This document shows, one piece after another, positions 54,778-64,000 of a stretch of DNA of 64,000 bases. The notes under the pieces were generated by a model. It saw nothing but the letters and a program-made list of their open reading frames with translations, ran no database searches and was not told where the DNA came from. How positions within the stretch are numbered: position 1 is the first letter of the stretch; the number at the start of each line of letters is the position of its first letter. The DNA comes from Aureliella sp. (lineage in GTDB: Bacteria; Planctomycetota; Planctomycetia; Pirellulales; Pirellulaceae): NCBI GenBank assembly GCA_963691875.1, contig OY829846.1, forward strand, positions 2,528,001 through 2,592,000, in the 5' to 3' direction. The position numbers were made by a program, and so were the translations under genes.

Positions 54778-54921
54778 GTGAGTCCCATAGCTGGAATGCG
54801 TGACGAAATTGCAAAACAGCTGTTTTGCCGGTGTTTCGAACAAAACCAACAAAGCCCGCCGACTTTCATCGACGAGCTTTTCCAAAGAGCGGCAGGTTGC
54901 AAGCGTCAACACAAACCGAAG
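54778..54921 (+). repeat. Direct repeat copy A (pairs with 56730..56874)
   Basis: Aligns to copy B at offset 1952-1953; shares GTGAGTCCC, AAAACAGC, CCGGTGTTTCGAA, ACAAAGCCCG, CAGGTTG, GTCAACACAAACCGA. Confidence 0.85.
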
Positions 54922-55123
54922 TTAAGCGGCCACATGGATTCGAAATGGGGCGCCTGGATTTTTGCGGTCTTCAACGAGTTTCACGTGCGGGTTACGAATT
55001 TTAATGCACAAACTGGGGAAGAATATCGTAGATTTAATCTACTCTGGTACAGAGTGTGCCAACTGGAGGTTTTGAATTGATACCGGCAATTGGTGCTGGC
55101 TGGCGAGAAAGTAAAACTACATC

Positions 55124-56505
55124 ATGAATCAATATTCGATGAAGCAAACCGCAGCAATTTCTTTTTTGTTGTTGAACTCAATGCTGACGGGCGCCCATGC
55201 ACAAAATGTCACGAAAACAGAAGCTGCTATCGCCGAGGAGGCATACCTTTATCTGTACCCATTAGTTCTGATGGATATTACGCGTCTTCAATCAATTAAT
55301 ACCGACCCGAAGGTAAGTCCAGTTGGTGGGCCTGCTAATGCGTTCACGCACATACGCGCGCCTATCCGGACGCAAACTTACGAACCGTGGTTCGACCAAA
55401 CTTTGATACGCTTTACTCGTCTGGATGGCTAGATTTGACCAGAGGGCCGGTGATCCTCTCCACTGAAGACACCAACGGACGCTATTTTCTGTTGCCGATG
55501 CTGGACATGTGGACGGATGTGTTTGCGGTCCCCGGCAAGCGTACAAATGGCACGACTGCTGCGAACTTTGCGGTAGTCCCACCCGGGTGGCAGGGAAAAC
55601 TCCCAGAAAAAGTCGAACGCATCGAAGCTCCAACGCCTTATGTATGGATCATCGGAAGAACTCAAGCAAATGGCCCAAAAGATTATCCAGCTGTCAATAA
55701 AATCCAGGATGGCTACAAAATCACTCGCCTTGAAGACTGGGGTAAAAAACCCAGGAATACCGTGCAACAAATTGATCGCAACATCGATACGAAGACTGAG
55801 CCGATGAAGCAGGTTGAAACGATGTCTGCAGTGGAATATTTCACGTACGGAGCAAGGCTCATGAAAGTTAATCCTCCTCATAGATCGGACTGGTCGATGG
55901 TGGCTCGGATGAAACGCATTGGCTTAGAACCGGGTAAATTCGAAAACAAACTTAGCGGAGCTCCCCTTGAGGTTGCTAAAGGTAATGCTCTGAAGCTGAT
56001 GAAATCAAAACTGCCAACTCTGGCTAAAGTCAAGAATGGCTGGCAGATGAATACTGATACGGTGGGCGTTTACGGAAACTACTATTTGAAAAGAGCTATC
56101 GTCGCGCAGGTAGGGTTGGGAGCCAACCAACCAGAAGATGCAATTTATCCGTTGGCACTTGCAGACTCCGAGGGAAAGCCGATCGTCGGCGAAGGAAACT
56201 ATATTCTCCATTTCGAAAAGGAGGAGTTGCTTCCTGCGAACGCATTTTGGTCGCTCACGATGTATGACGCTGAGGGGTTCCAAGTAGCCAATCAACTCAA
56301 CCGCTTCGCTATCGGTGATCGCGATGATCTAGAATATAACGATGACGGTTCGCTGGACCTGTATATTCAACACAAGCGTCCAGGAGCCGAAAAGGTCTCC
56401 AATTGGCTGCCAGCTCCGGCAAGTGGCACCATGCGACTTTATGCTCCACAAGCAGCGTCATTAGATGGCAGGTGGGTTCCGCCTGCAATCAAGCGGGTCA
56501 AGTAA
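55124..56505 (+). pseudogene. DUF1254/DUF1214 protein, frameshifted
   Basis: Signal peptide and IAEEAYLYLYPLV in one frame; VRPNFDTLYSSGWLDL...FWSLTMYD...DGSLDLYIQ...NWLPAP in another. The shift is at CGCGCGC, 55355-55361. Confidence 0.85.
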
Positions 56506-56729
56506 TCCAGTTTGGATGAGACTTGGTCGGTGCATTCTCGCTAACTTTCGTTAGTTGGTCGGCGAACTAAGATGATAAAGACAATCGTTCCACTCACCCT
56601 TAAGTCGTCACCAAGGTATCCACAACCGGTTTCTACAGGCGAGTCGCGTGACGCATCCTGATACCGAGTTCCGCGAGTTCGAGCCTCTTTGGAGAATTGA
56701 GCTCTCAGAAATTTGGTTTTGGAGTGACA

Positions 56730-56887
56730 GTGAGTCCCGCAATTGACATATGCTGCCAACTTCGAAAACAGCATTTTTCACCGGTGTTTCGAAGAAAACG
56801 TACAAAGCCCGTCGACCGTTTTAGACGGGCTTTTTGAAAGATGGTCAGGTTGTAACTGTCAACACAAACCGAGGTGGAGGCGGCGGG
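56730..56887 (+). repeat. Direct repeat copy B with terminator-like hairpin and tmRNA-3'-end-like att fragment
   Basis: Perfect 10-bp stem AAAGCCCGTC/GACGGGCTTT (56804-56833). Ends in GGTGGAGGCGGCGGG (56873-56887), the reverse complement of CCCGCCGCCTCCACC. Confidence 0.75.
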
Positions 56888-57339
56888 CTCCCAGAGAACC
56901 GTTCACAACCCCCGCTTTTGCTGGGATTCACGACAACGCGACTTTCTAATTGGCCCCTCGAATGGACTTCATTGGCCACCGAACTGGAGCTATTGCTTGT
57001 CCGTTTGAAAGCATGCCAACCTGAGAACAGCACCGCCGCTCGACGGGGTCACTCCCGCAGCCCGCTGGCACTGGTCAGGCTAAGACTCCTGACAACGACG
57101 AGTACTCGCGCGGTAAAGCTCCAATGTCTCGGTAAACAGTAGGATTGTACCTCCGGCCCTATCGGGATCGTCATCCTAAGCCAATTGGAAGAACTCCAAA
57201 CAACAATACGCCTCAGATTTTCACGAAGGCAGGTCAAGAAGCTTGATCTCATCTTGGCGCCGATCCGCATCAATGGAGGCGTCCGGCGGGGAAACGCGAA
57301 TTTTCGCCGTCCTGAATCCAACCCAATCGCCGTGAAGTG

Positions 57340-60300
57340 TTATCCGTCATTCGGGCGAGTTGCTAACTTCTCCTCAATCAGCTTGGTTGCGTCCTCAAGT
57401 TTGTATGGCTTTGACAGCATGATTATGCTGCCCTTCACCTGCGACGTTGACTTCACGACCTGTTCTGAATAGCCTGTCGCTATAGCAGTCACAACATGCG
57501 GGTAATGGGCCGTCACGTAATCCACGAGTTCCAATCCGTCCATCTCCCCGGGCATCACCAGATCGGACAACAGGACATCAATTGCTCCGTCACATTTTTT
57601 GATGCAATCAATAGCCTCTGCAGCGTCACTGGCGCTCAGAACTTCATAGCCACTCCGAACAAACCACCTCGTCAAAAGCCTCTGGTTTGCAGGTTCATCG
57701 TCGACGACCAGTATGGTCGCTTTCGTGTGCCCCAACTTGCCAGAATCGACCGGTTTCGTCTTCTTACCAGACGGCAGCAAGAGACCAATCGTAGTCCCAA
57801 TCCCCGGCGTACTGTCAATCGTCAGCAATCCCCCCGACTGTTCCACGAATCCAGATACAGAACTTAGCCCCAAGCCAGATCCTTTACCGGTCGCCTTTGT
57901 CGTATAAAAAGGCTCGGTGACGTGCGGTAAATCCGACGCTGAAATTCCACACCCGTCATCACTGACCTCGATCAGAACCATCTCTGTCCCGGATTTCAGA
58001 TCGGCCGTTGCTGATGCACCATCATCATTGTCATTGTCAGCGCATGGAGTCTCCGCGTACCGACCAGTGATTGTAATCACGCCTCTTTTCTTCATTGCGT
58101 CTTTTGCATTCAGGCATAGATTCAACAATGCTGTCTCAAATTGTTGTTTATCCACCATCACCGACAGAGATGAAGGTACATCAATACGGAAGGTGACCGT
58201 CGCACCCAGCATCCGCGCCAAAGAACGCACGAAGCTATCTAGAAGAAAATTCAGATTATGACTCGATGGTGTGAGCGTTTGCTGTCGCGAGAATGCCAAC
58301 AGACTTTGTATCAACTTAGACCCATTACGAGCAGCTTCTAACGCTTCGTCGACGAACTCCATGGTTTCCGGGTCGTCAGTCGCGATTAATGAAAGATTAC
58401 CAGTAATCACTTGCAGGAGATTATTGAAGTCGTGAGCAATCCCACCAGTTAGCCCTCCAAAGGCGGCAAGCCTGGCCGCCTGCTGATTCTTCGCCTCCTG
58501 CGCTTTAAGTTTCGTGATATCCTGACCAACACCGACCACGCCGACGATCTGTCCAACCTCATCGCGTCGTGAAGTTGAGTTCAGCAGCACATCCACACGG
58601 TTTCCATCTTTCGTATAAAGCGGAAACTCGTAATTAGCCGTCTGCACACCAGCTAAGGCGTTGTCCAGTACATCCTTCACAGACGATTTGAAATCGTCCG
58701 TAATGAACTCAGCGACGAGGTCACGTCCCATCACTTCAGCTTTTTCATAACCAGTGATGCGCGCGGCTGTCTGATTCCACTCGTTCACACGACCATTCGC
58801 ATCGATACCAAAAATCGGAGCATTCGCCGTGTCGATCAGCGAAAGCAAATCAGTCGCCACACGCTCCCGCTCAAGCCGAACCTGATTCAGTTTCGTGATA
58901 TCCTGACCAACACCGACCACGCCGACGATCTGTCCAACCTCATCGCGTCGTGAAGTTGAGTTCAGCAGCACATCTACACGGTTTCCATCTTTCGTATAAA
59001 GCGGAAACTCGTAATTAGCCGTCTGCACACCAGCTAAGGCGTTGTCCAGTACATCCTTCACAGACGATTTGAAATCGTCCGTAATGAACTCAGCGACGAG
59101 GTCACGTCCCATCACTTCAGCTTTTTCATAACCAGTGATGCGCGCGGCTGTCTGATTCCACTCGTTCACACGACCATTCGCATCGATACCAAAAATCGGA
59201 GCATTCGCCGTGTCGATCAGCGAAAGCAAATCAGTCGCCACACGCTCCCGCTCAAGCCGAACCTGATTCAGTTTCGTGATATCCTGACCAACACCGACCA
59301 CGCCGACGATCTGTCCAACCTCATCGCGTCGTGAAGTTGAGTTCAGCAGCACATCTACACGGTTTCCATCTTTCGTATAAAGCGGAAACTCGTAATTAGC
59401 CGTCTGCACACCAGCTAAGGCGTTGTCCAGTACATCCTTCACAGACGATTTGAAATCGTCCGTAATGAACTCAGCGACGAGGTCACGTCCCATCACTTCA
59501 GCTTTTTCATAACCAGTGATGCGCGCGGCTGTCTGATTCCACTCGTTCACACGACCATTCGCATCGATACCAAAAATCGGAGCATTCGCCGTGTCGATCA
59601 GCGAAAGCAAATCAGTCGCCACACGCTCCCGCTCAAGCCGAACCTGATTCAGTTTCGTGATATCCTGACCAACACCGACCACGCCGACGATCTGTCCAAC
59701 CTCATCGCGTCGTGAAGTTGAGTTCAGCAGCACATCTACACGGTTTCCATCTTTCGTATAAAGCGGAAACTCGTAATTAGCCGTCTGCACACCAGCTAAG
59801 GCGTTGTCCAGTACATCCTTCACAGACGATTTGAAATCGTCCGTAATGAACTCAGCTACGAGGTCACGCCCCATCACTTCAGCTTTTTCATAACCAGTGA
59901 TGCGCGCGGCTGTCTGATTCCACTCGTTCACACGACCATTCGCATCGATACCAAAAATCGGAGCATTCGCCGTGTCGATCAGCGAAAGCAAATCAGTCGC
60001 CACACGTTCTCGCTCAAGCCGAACCTGATTCAGTTCCGTGATATCCTGCCCAACACCCAACACGCCGACGATCTGTCCAACCTCATCGCGTCGTGAAGTC
60101 GAGTTCAGCAGCACATCCACACGGTTTCCATCTTTCGTATAAAGCGGAAACTCGTAATTAGCCGTCTGTTCACCAGCTAAGGCGTTGTCCAGTACATCCT
60201 TCACAGACGATTTAAAATCGTCCGTAATGAACTCAGCGACGAGGTCACGTCCCATCACTTCAGCTTTTTCATAACCGGTGATGCGCGCGGCTGTCTGATT

Positions 60301-60516
60301 CCACTCGTTCACACGCCCGTCTCTATCAACTCCAACGATGGGAGCATTCGACGTGTCGATGACTCGAAGCAGCGTTTCGGCGAGGTCGTGGTGTGCAAGT
60401 TTCGGTTTCATCGAGGAACTCTTTGGAAGACAAGTGGCCATATCGTTTCCGGTGGAAATGATATTCGATCGGCCCTTGCCTGCAGTGTGTATCAAGAAGC
60501 GCTGTAGCTCTGCCAC
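57340..60516 (-). CDS. Hybrid sensor histidine kinase: 5 PAS/PAC + HisKA + HATPase + receiver
   Basis: Five PAS repeats, GIAHDFNNLL (H box), ALLNLCLNAKDA, DDGCG, EPFYTTK, GSGLGLS, receiver LVVDDE...LSDLVMP...SKPY. True start may be 60441 or 60411. Confidence 0.95.
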   Translation of the reverse strand: MAELQRFLIHTAGKGRSNIISTGNDMATCLPKSSSMKPKLAHHDLAETLLRVIDTSNAPIVGVDRDGRVNEWNQTAARITGYEKAEVMGRDLVAEFITDDFKSSVKDVLDNALAGEQTANYEFPLYTKDGNRVDVLLNSTSRRDEVGQIVGVLGVGQDITELNQVRLERERVATDLLSLIDTANAPIFGIDANGRVNEWNQTAARITGYEKAEVMGRDLVAEFITDDFKSSVKDVLDNALAGVQTANYEFPLYTKDGNRVDVLLNSTSRRDEVGQIVGVVGVGQDITKLNQVRLERERVATDLLSLIDTANAPIFGIDANGRVNEWNQTAARITGYEKAEVMGRDLVAEFITDDFKSSVKDVLDNALAGVQTANYEFPLYTKDGNRVDVLLNSTSRRDEVGQIVGVVGVGQDITKLNQVRLERERVATDLLSLIDTANAPIFGIDANGRVNEWNQTAARITGYEKAEVMGRDLVAEFITDDFKSSVKDVLDNALAGVQTANYEFPLYTKDGNRVDVLLNSTSRRDEVGQIVGVVGVGQDITKLNQVRLERERVATDLLSLIDTANAPIFGIDANGRVNEWNQTAARITGYEKAEVMGRDLVAEFITDDFKSSVKDVLDNALAGVQTANYEFPLYTKDGNRVDVLLNSTSRRDEVGQIVGVVGVGQDITKLKAQEAKNQQAARLAAFGGLTGGIAHDFNNLLQVITGNLSLIATDDPETMEFVDEALEAARNGSKLIQSLLAFSRQQTLTPSSHNLNFLLDSFVRSLARMLGATVTFRIDVPSSLSVMVDKQQFETALLNLCLNAKDAMKKRGVITITGRYAETPCADNDNDDGASATADLKSGTEMVLIEVSDDGCGISASDLPHVTEPFYTTKATGKGSGLGLSSVSGFVEQSGGLLTIDSTPGIGTTIGLLLPSGKKTKPVDSGKLGHTKATILVVDDEPANQRLLTRWFVRSGYEVLSASDAAEAIDCIKKCDGAIDVLLSDLVMPGEMDGLELVDYVTAHYPHVVTAIATGYSEQVVKSTSQVKGSIIMLSKPYKLEDATKLIEEKLATRPNDG
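58509..60360 (-). repeat. Tandem array of five near-identical 381-bp PAS-coding units
   Basis: Unit anchor GTT(T/C)CGTGATATCCTG at 58509, 58890, 59271, 59652 and 60033 (period 381 bp = 127 aa). Confidence 0.97.
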
Positions 60517-60639
60517 AGGTGTCGCATCGGTGCAACACTATCTCGCGATGGGTTTGTGATTCTTAAGAGCATATCTCAACGGAAATTTTAGAAGCGTTCG
60601 GTGAGCTGACCAGTCTTAATAATATGACTTCACACAAAG

Positions 60640-60890
60640 TAACCGTACAAAGCTGTCTTCGATGGGCCTCGCGGTCGCTCTCCAAAATTCCGTGAATCGC
60701 CGGGAAAACCGAACTCGCTTCGGTCCGCGTTTTTCGTCAGACGATTCCCCAGAAGCTCCGTGTGACCAAGAATCTTCTCCAGCTTGTCCCAGTGAATTCC
60801 GTGCTCCGCACACACCTTCCACAGGCTGAGCTCGCCGCTGAGAACACGGCGGCGAATCTTACTTCACTGCTCGATGTCTATATCCCACTT
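60640..60890 (-). mobile_element. IS21-family istA N-terminal remnant
   Basis: DIEQ*SKIRRRVLSGELSLWKVCAEHGIHWDKLEKILGHTE / frameshift / AIHGILESDREAHRRQ. Confidence 0.75.
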
Positions 60891-61170
60891 GTCCCCACAG
60901 CAGTCTGATCAGAGTCGTCTGGAAATCTCGATACCCTGAACCAACTTCTGAAGGTGATCATCCGTACGCTACGTTTTAAAACCGACTGCACTTCCCGCCC
61001 GGCGCAAAGTTTTCTCTATCCCTTTTGAACCCGATGGAATTCCGCGGGAAGTGATGGGAGAAGGCGCGGGTTTGCTGGTCTTTTGGCACTCGTGCCGTCC
61101 GCTGAAAGTCGTCAGACGGCCAAGTGCCGAGAGAGTGGCCGCAACATGACAAAGCACCGAATAGTACATA

Positions 61171-61550
61171 ATGGCAAAACAGGTGCAGATGGAGGCAGCC
61201 TCAATAACTCGCAATGGGATTAGTGGGAATGGGTTCGCAGTCAGCGTTCGAGAGCCTTTGAAATTCAAAATCGGACGACCACGCATTGGCAGCGGCGATT
61301 GCCCCTGCATGGAAGAGGCAGGAAGAACTCGAGTCGGTAGAAGACGCAACAGTTGAGGAACTGGCTTCTGCGAAAAAGATCGACGTTAGCATACGCACGT
61401 CGAATGTTCCGCCTCAATTCGCTGGCTCCAGATATCGTCGAGGCGATTTTACAAAACGACGCGCCCGATCAGCCCAGTTTACGAACTCTGCTTCTCGGGA
61501 TTCCGTTGTGTCGGGAAGAGCAGCGAAGACGTTTGCTTAACTCAGATTGA
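61171..61550 (+). pseudogene. Degenerate accessory protein of serine-recombinase integrative elements / prophages
   Basis: Three frames join as AVSVREPLKFK / AIAPAWKRQEELESVEDATVEELASAKKID / YARRMFRLNSLAPDIVEAIL...GIPLCREEQRR. The LAPDIVEAIL motif is typical of this family. Confidence 0.7.
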
Positions 61551-61825
61551 GACCGTACGGGACAATTTATTGGATCAAGCAGGGGCATTCCTGAATCACG
61601 CGGGATCGGGATTTTCGCTTCAACAAACGTGGTCCAGCAGCTTCTGGTATGCGGGTCCGAAAGGTCCCATGTTCCAGTTGCTTTCTTCGTGTTGGGTCAA
61701 CGAACCGTTGTCGCATACCCACGAAAAAAAACACCCAGCGCCTACACTTATTCTTGATTTTGCCCGAATCGGTAATTAGCAGAGAGTCGTGGGCAGGAGT
61801 GTTTCAGCAATTTCCCTCATCTTGA

Positions 61826-62413
61826 ATGGTTCTGAGGATGAAGACGTTAACTTACTCGATTTTGTTTGTCATTGCGTTTGCATTTGCGGCTCCGGTTACC
61901 GCCGATATTGTCACCTATGACCTGTCAGCATCTGGCTTCAACAACGGCTCAACCGTGGTTGGCACCCTGAGTCTGGATTTGGATCTCGTGGCCGATGCCA
62001 CGGATATTTCGATCGCAGAACTGAACGTTTTCGCCACCTACAATTTGGGAGTGAATTATTCCACCACCAATTTCGTCTTGAACGAGGCGAATTCCACGCT
62101 CGATTTATTTGGCAGTGGGGCGATCGCGGCATCTACCAGTGAGTTGACGTTTGATATTTCGAACGGAGGAATTGGAATCAGGTTCGACGATGACGCCAGC
62201 ATCGGTGCGGACACGCTGTCGTTCCTAGATTTTGGCGACTCGATTCTCCGGATTGGCAACACAACAGGGGGCGCAAATTTGGACGAAAAGAATTTGGGGG
62301 CGATCAGTCCCTCGTTCACGTTTAGTAACTCCGTTGTTCCGGAACCGTCGTCACTGGTCCTCTGCGGTCTGGGCGGCGTTTTTGTCGCGTTCCGCCGAAG
62401 AAGAATTCGGTAA
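61826..62413 (+). CDS. PEP-CTERM sorting domain protein
   Basis: Signal peptide, low-complexity acidic body, C-terminal VPEPSSLVLCGLGGVFVAFRRRRIR. Start may be 61838. Confidence 0.92.
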   Translation: MVLRMKTLTYSILFVIAFAFAAPVTADIVTYDLSASGFNNGSTVVGTLSLDLDLVADATDISIAELNVFATYNLGVNYSTTNFVLNEANSTLDLFGSGAIAASTSELTFDISNGGIGIRFDDDASIGADTLSFLDFGDSILRIGNTTGGANLDEKNLGAISPSFTFSNSVVPEPSSLVLCGLGGVFVAFRRRRIR

Positions 62414-62589
62414 TTACAGCGACCGCTCCGGCAAGCGATTTGATGTCAGCAAGTTAACAGAGAGAAGTGGGCTTCCCGTGGTCTGCTTCGTCCGTGTCGC
62501 TGCGCTGCTTGAGTTTACCTTCCTTCGATCTCGGTTCATCATACTTAATTCGGTCGCTGCTCCGCCGAGTTCGAATTCGTCGTCGAATT

Positions 62590-63216
62590 CGCGGACTCAG
62601 TCTTTCTTAAGTGTAAAGTCGATAGATTCGTTTCGCGTTGACGTTCCAACCTTCTCGCTTGAGCAGAGTGTGGAGTCGTCGATACCCAGAATGCAAGCGA
62701 GTCGCTGCGAGTTCCCGCAGACGCATTCGTAAAGCGGCCTGATCGTCTTTCATGGATTTGTATCGATACGTAGAAAGACCCAAGCCAACCAACTCGCAGG
62801 TGCGCCGCTCGCTTATCTCGTAACAGCACGTGTCCCCATCGACACATTCACGAGGCCGAGCAGGCCTCAGAGCTTTTTTGACAGAAAATCCTGAAGGAGC
62901 TGTTTATCTAAACTCAAGTCAGTAACCAATGACTTAAGACGCTTGTTCTCTTCTTCTAAAGACTTCAGCCGCAGCAGTTCCTCCGTGCCCAGCCCGGCAA
63001 ACTTCTTCTTCCATCGATGGAATGTCGGCTGGCCGCCCCCGAGCTTGCGACACACTTCCTCAACTGGCGTTCCCGAATGCGCCTGCCTCACTGCAAAGGC
63101 GATTTGCTGATCCGCAAATTTTGATTTCTTCAGGGTCAGCAAATCCGGTGGAACGACGGCCAAATCCTACCCGCTTTTTCTCACTTCAGATCAATCAGTT
63201 TTTTGAGCGCAGGCCA
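62590..63216 (-). mobile_element. IS3-family element, truncated (left IR, orfA, partial orfB)
   Basis: Left end TGGCCTGCGCTCAAAAAACTGA; orfA KKSKFADQQIAFAVRQ...LEEENKRLKSLVTDLSLDKQLLQD; A-AAA-AAG at 62879-62873; orfB fragment GYRRLHTLLKREGWNVNAKRIYRLYT*. Confidence 0.88.
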
Positions 63217-63306
63217 ACCTTTGCTCGCCAGTCCTGCAGTTGAGCTAGCCAAATCCATCAGCAATTGGAAATGCAACCATGACCATTCGGTGATTCCGTA
63301 CCGCAA

Positions 63307-64000
63307 CTAATTGGCTTCGCCCGCCAAACGCATGATCCAACCTTCCGTCTTGCCTTGAGGGTTGGTCCCAGAACCAACAATCGTTCTACCATCGGCGGAG
63401 ACGTCACGTGCCAATTTTAACACCCAGCCGTTGAGGTCTAGTCCGGCATCCACGGCGAGTGATTGAAGGTCTCGTATTCCAGTGTCTTGTGTCCAAATGA
63501 ATGCCCTGGGATCTTCTTTCCCACTGACCCACACGACAATGCGTCCATCATCGGAGATTCCGTTCGCGAGACTGATTTCGTGCCGCTGTAAATGGCCGAG
63601 TCCACGCATGCCTCGCACAGCATCCCAGATATAGGCCTGAGCTCCTACCTGCGTTCCTCTCTTCTTTTCACTGCGTCCTACCACGCACCGGCCCTGACGT
63701 GATACATCCATCGCCATGCTAGACAGGTGCCCCGGCAGGACCCCCATCGCCTGGAGCTCTCCCGTGCGGAGAGCCCGAGAGGCCGTTCTGCGGCCTCGTT
63801 TTCCGTTTGAGAACCGCAGGGGCCCGTCCTCGGTATATTCGACACCGAGCCCAACCGCGGCCGTGCCATCCGACGAAATCCCCCAGACATCTTTGGGGAC
63901 GATTGTGCTGGAGGCCGGCAACATATTGAGGCCTTAAGACCGCGTCCAGGCGAAGCCAAACCCGCCGGCGACGCCACGCACTTTGGCCGAGACCTGTCCG
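63307..64000 (-). pseudogene. Extracellular HAF-repeat protein, interrupted, 5' part beyond window
   Basis: Repeats GISSDGTAAVG, MGVLPG..SMAMDVS, AYIWD..GMRGLG, ANGISDDG, AFIWT, DVSADGRTIVGSG. In-frame TAA at 63934-63936 (FAWTRS*GLNML). Confidence 0.7.

Noticed and set aside
56873..56887. A complete tRNA or tmRNA gene
   Set aside because: Only 15 nt match an acceptor end; the T-arm (GGTTCGA-like) is absent. Reported only as an att-like fragment.
56890..57330. Possible degraded gene downstream of the PAS kinase
   Set aside because: Short frames with no family I can recognise.
58509..60360. Long repeat array as CRISPR or DGR template/variable repeats
   Set aside because: Units are 381 bp, in frame and protein-coding, with no spacers. 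No cas or reverse transcriptase gene is present and differences are not adenine-specific.

Overview
Bacterial genomic window, very probably from a planctomycete (Pirellulales-like). The inference rests on DUF1501, DUF1549/DUF1553, DUF1552/DUF1592, a PVC-type heme-binding protein and a planctomycete-style Ser/Thr kinase. Bases 1 to ~43 kb are a mostly intact backbone: exported hydrolases and propeller proteins, two paralogous VPS10/BNR proteins, an LD-carboxypeptidase + NlpC/P60 + enolase-superfamily cluster, glgA-galT-like-truD-gyrA, a PI-phospholipase C and planctomycete cytochrome-domain gene pairs. Several 3'-end gene scars are scattered through it. From ~43.6 kb to the end is a decaying accessory region with IS3, IS256 and IS21 remnants, orphan secreted proteins, a GspG-like lipoprotein and a PEP-CTERM protein. 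It also holds a DUF1254 cassette bounded by ~140-bp direct repeats (one ending in a tmRNA-3'-end-like att fragment) and a hybrid histidine kinase with five near-identical 381-bp PAS repeats. I saw no rRNA, full tRNA/tmRNA or CRISPR array. All family calls come from motif recognition by eye; no database searches were run.
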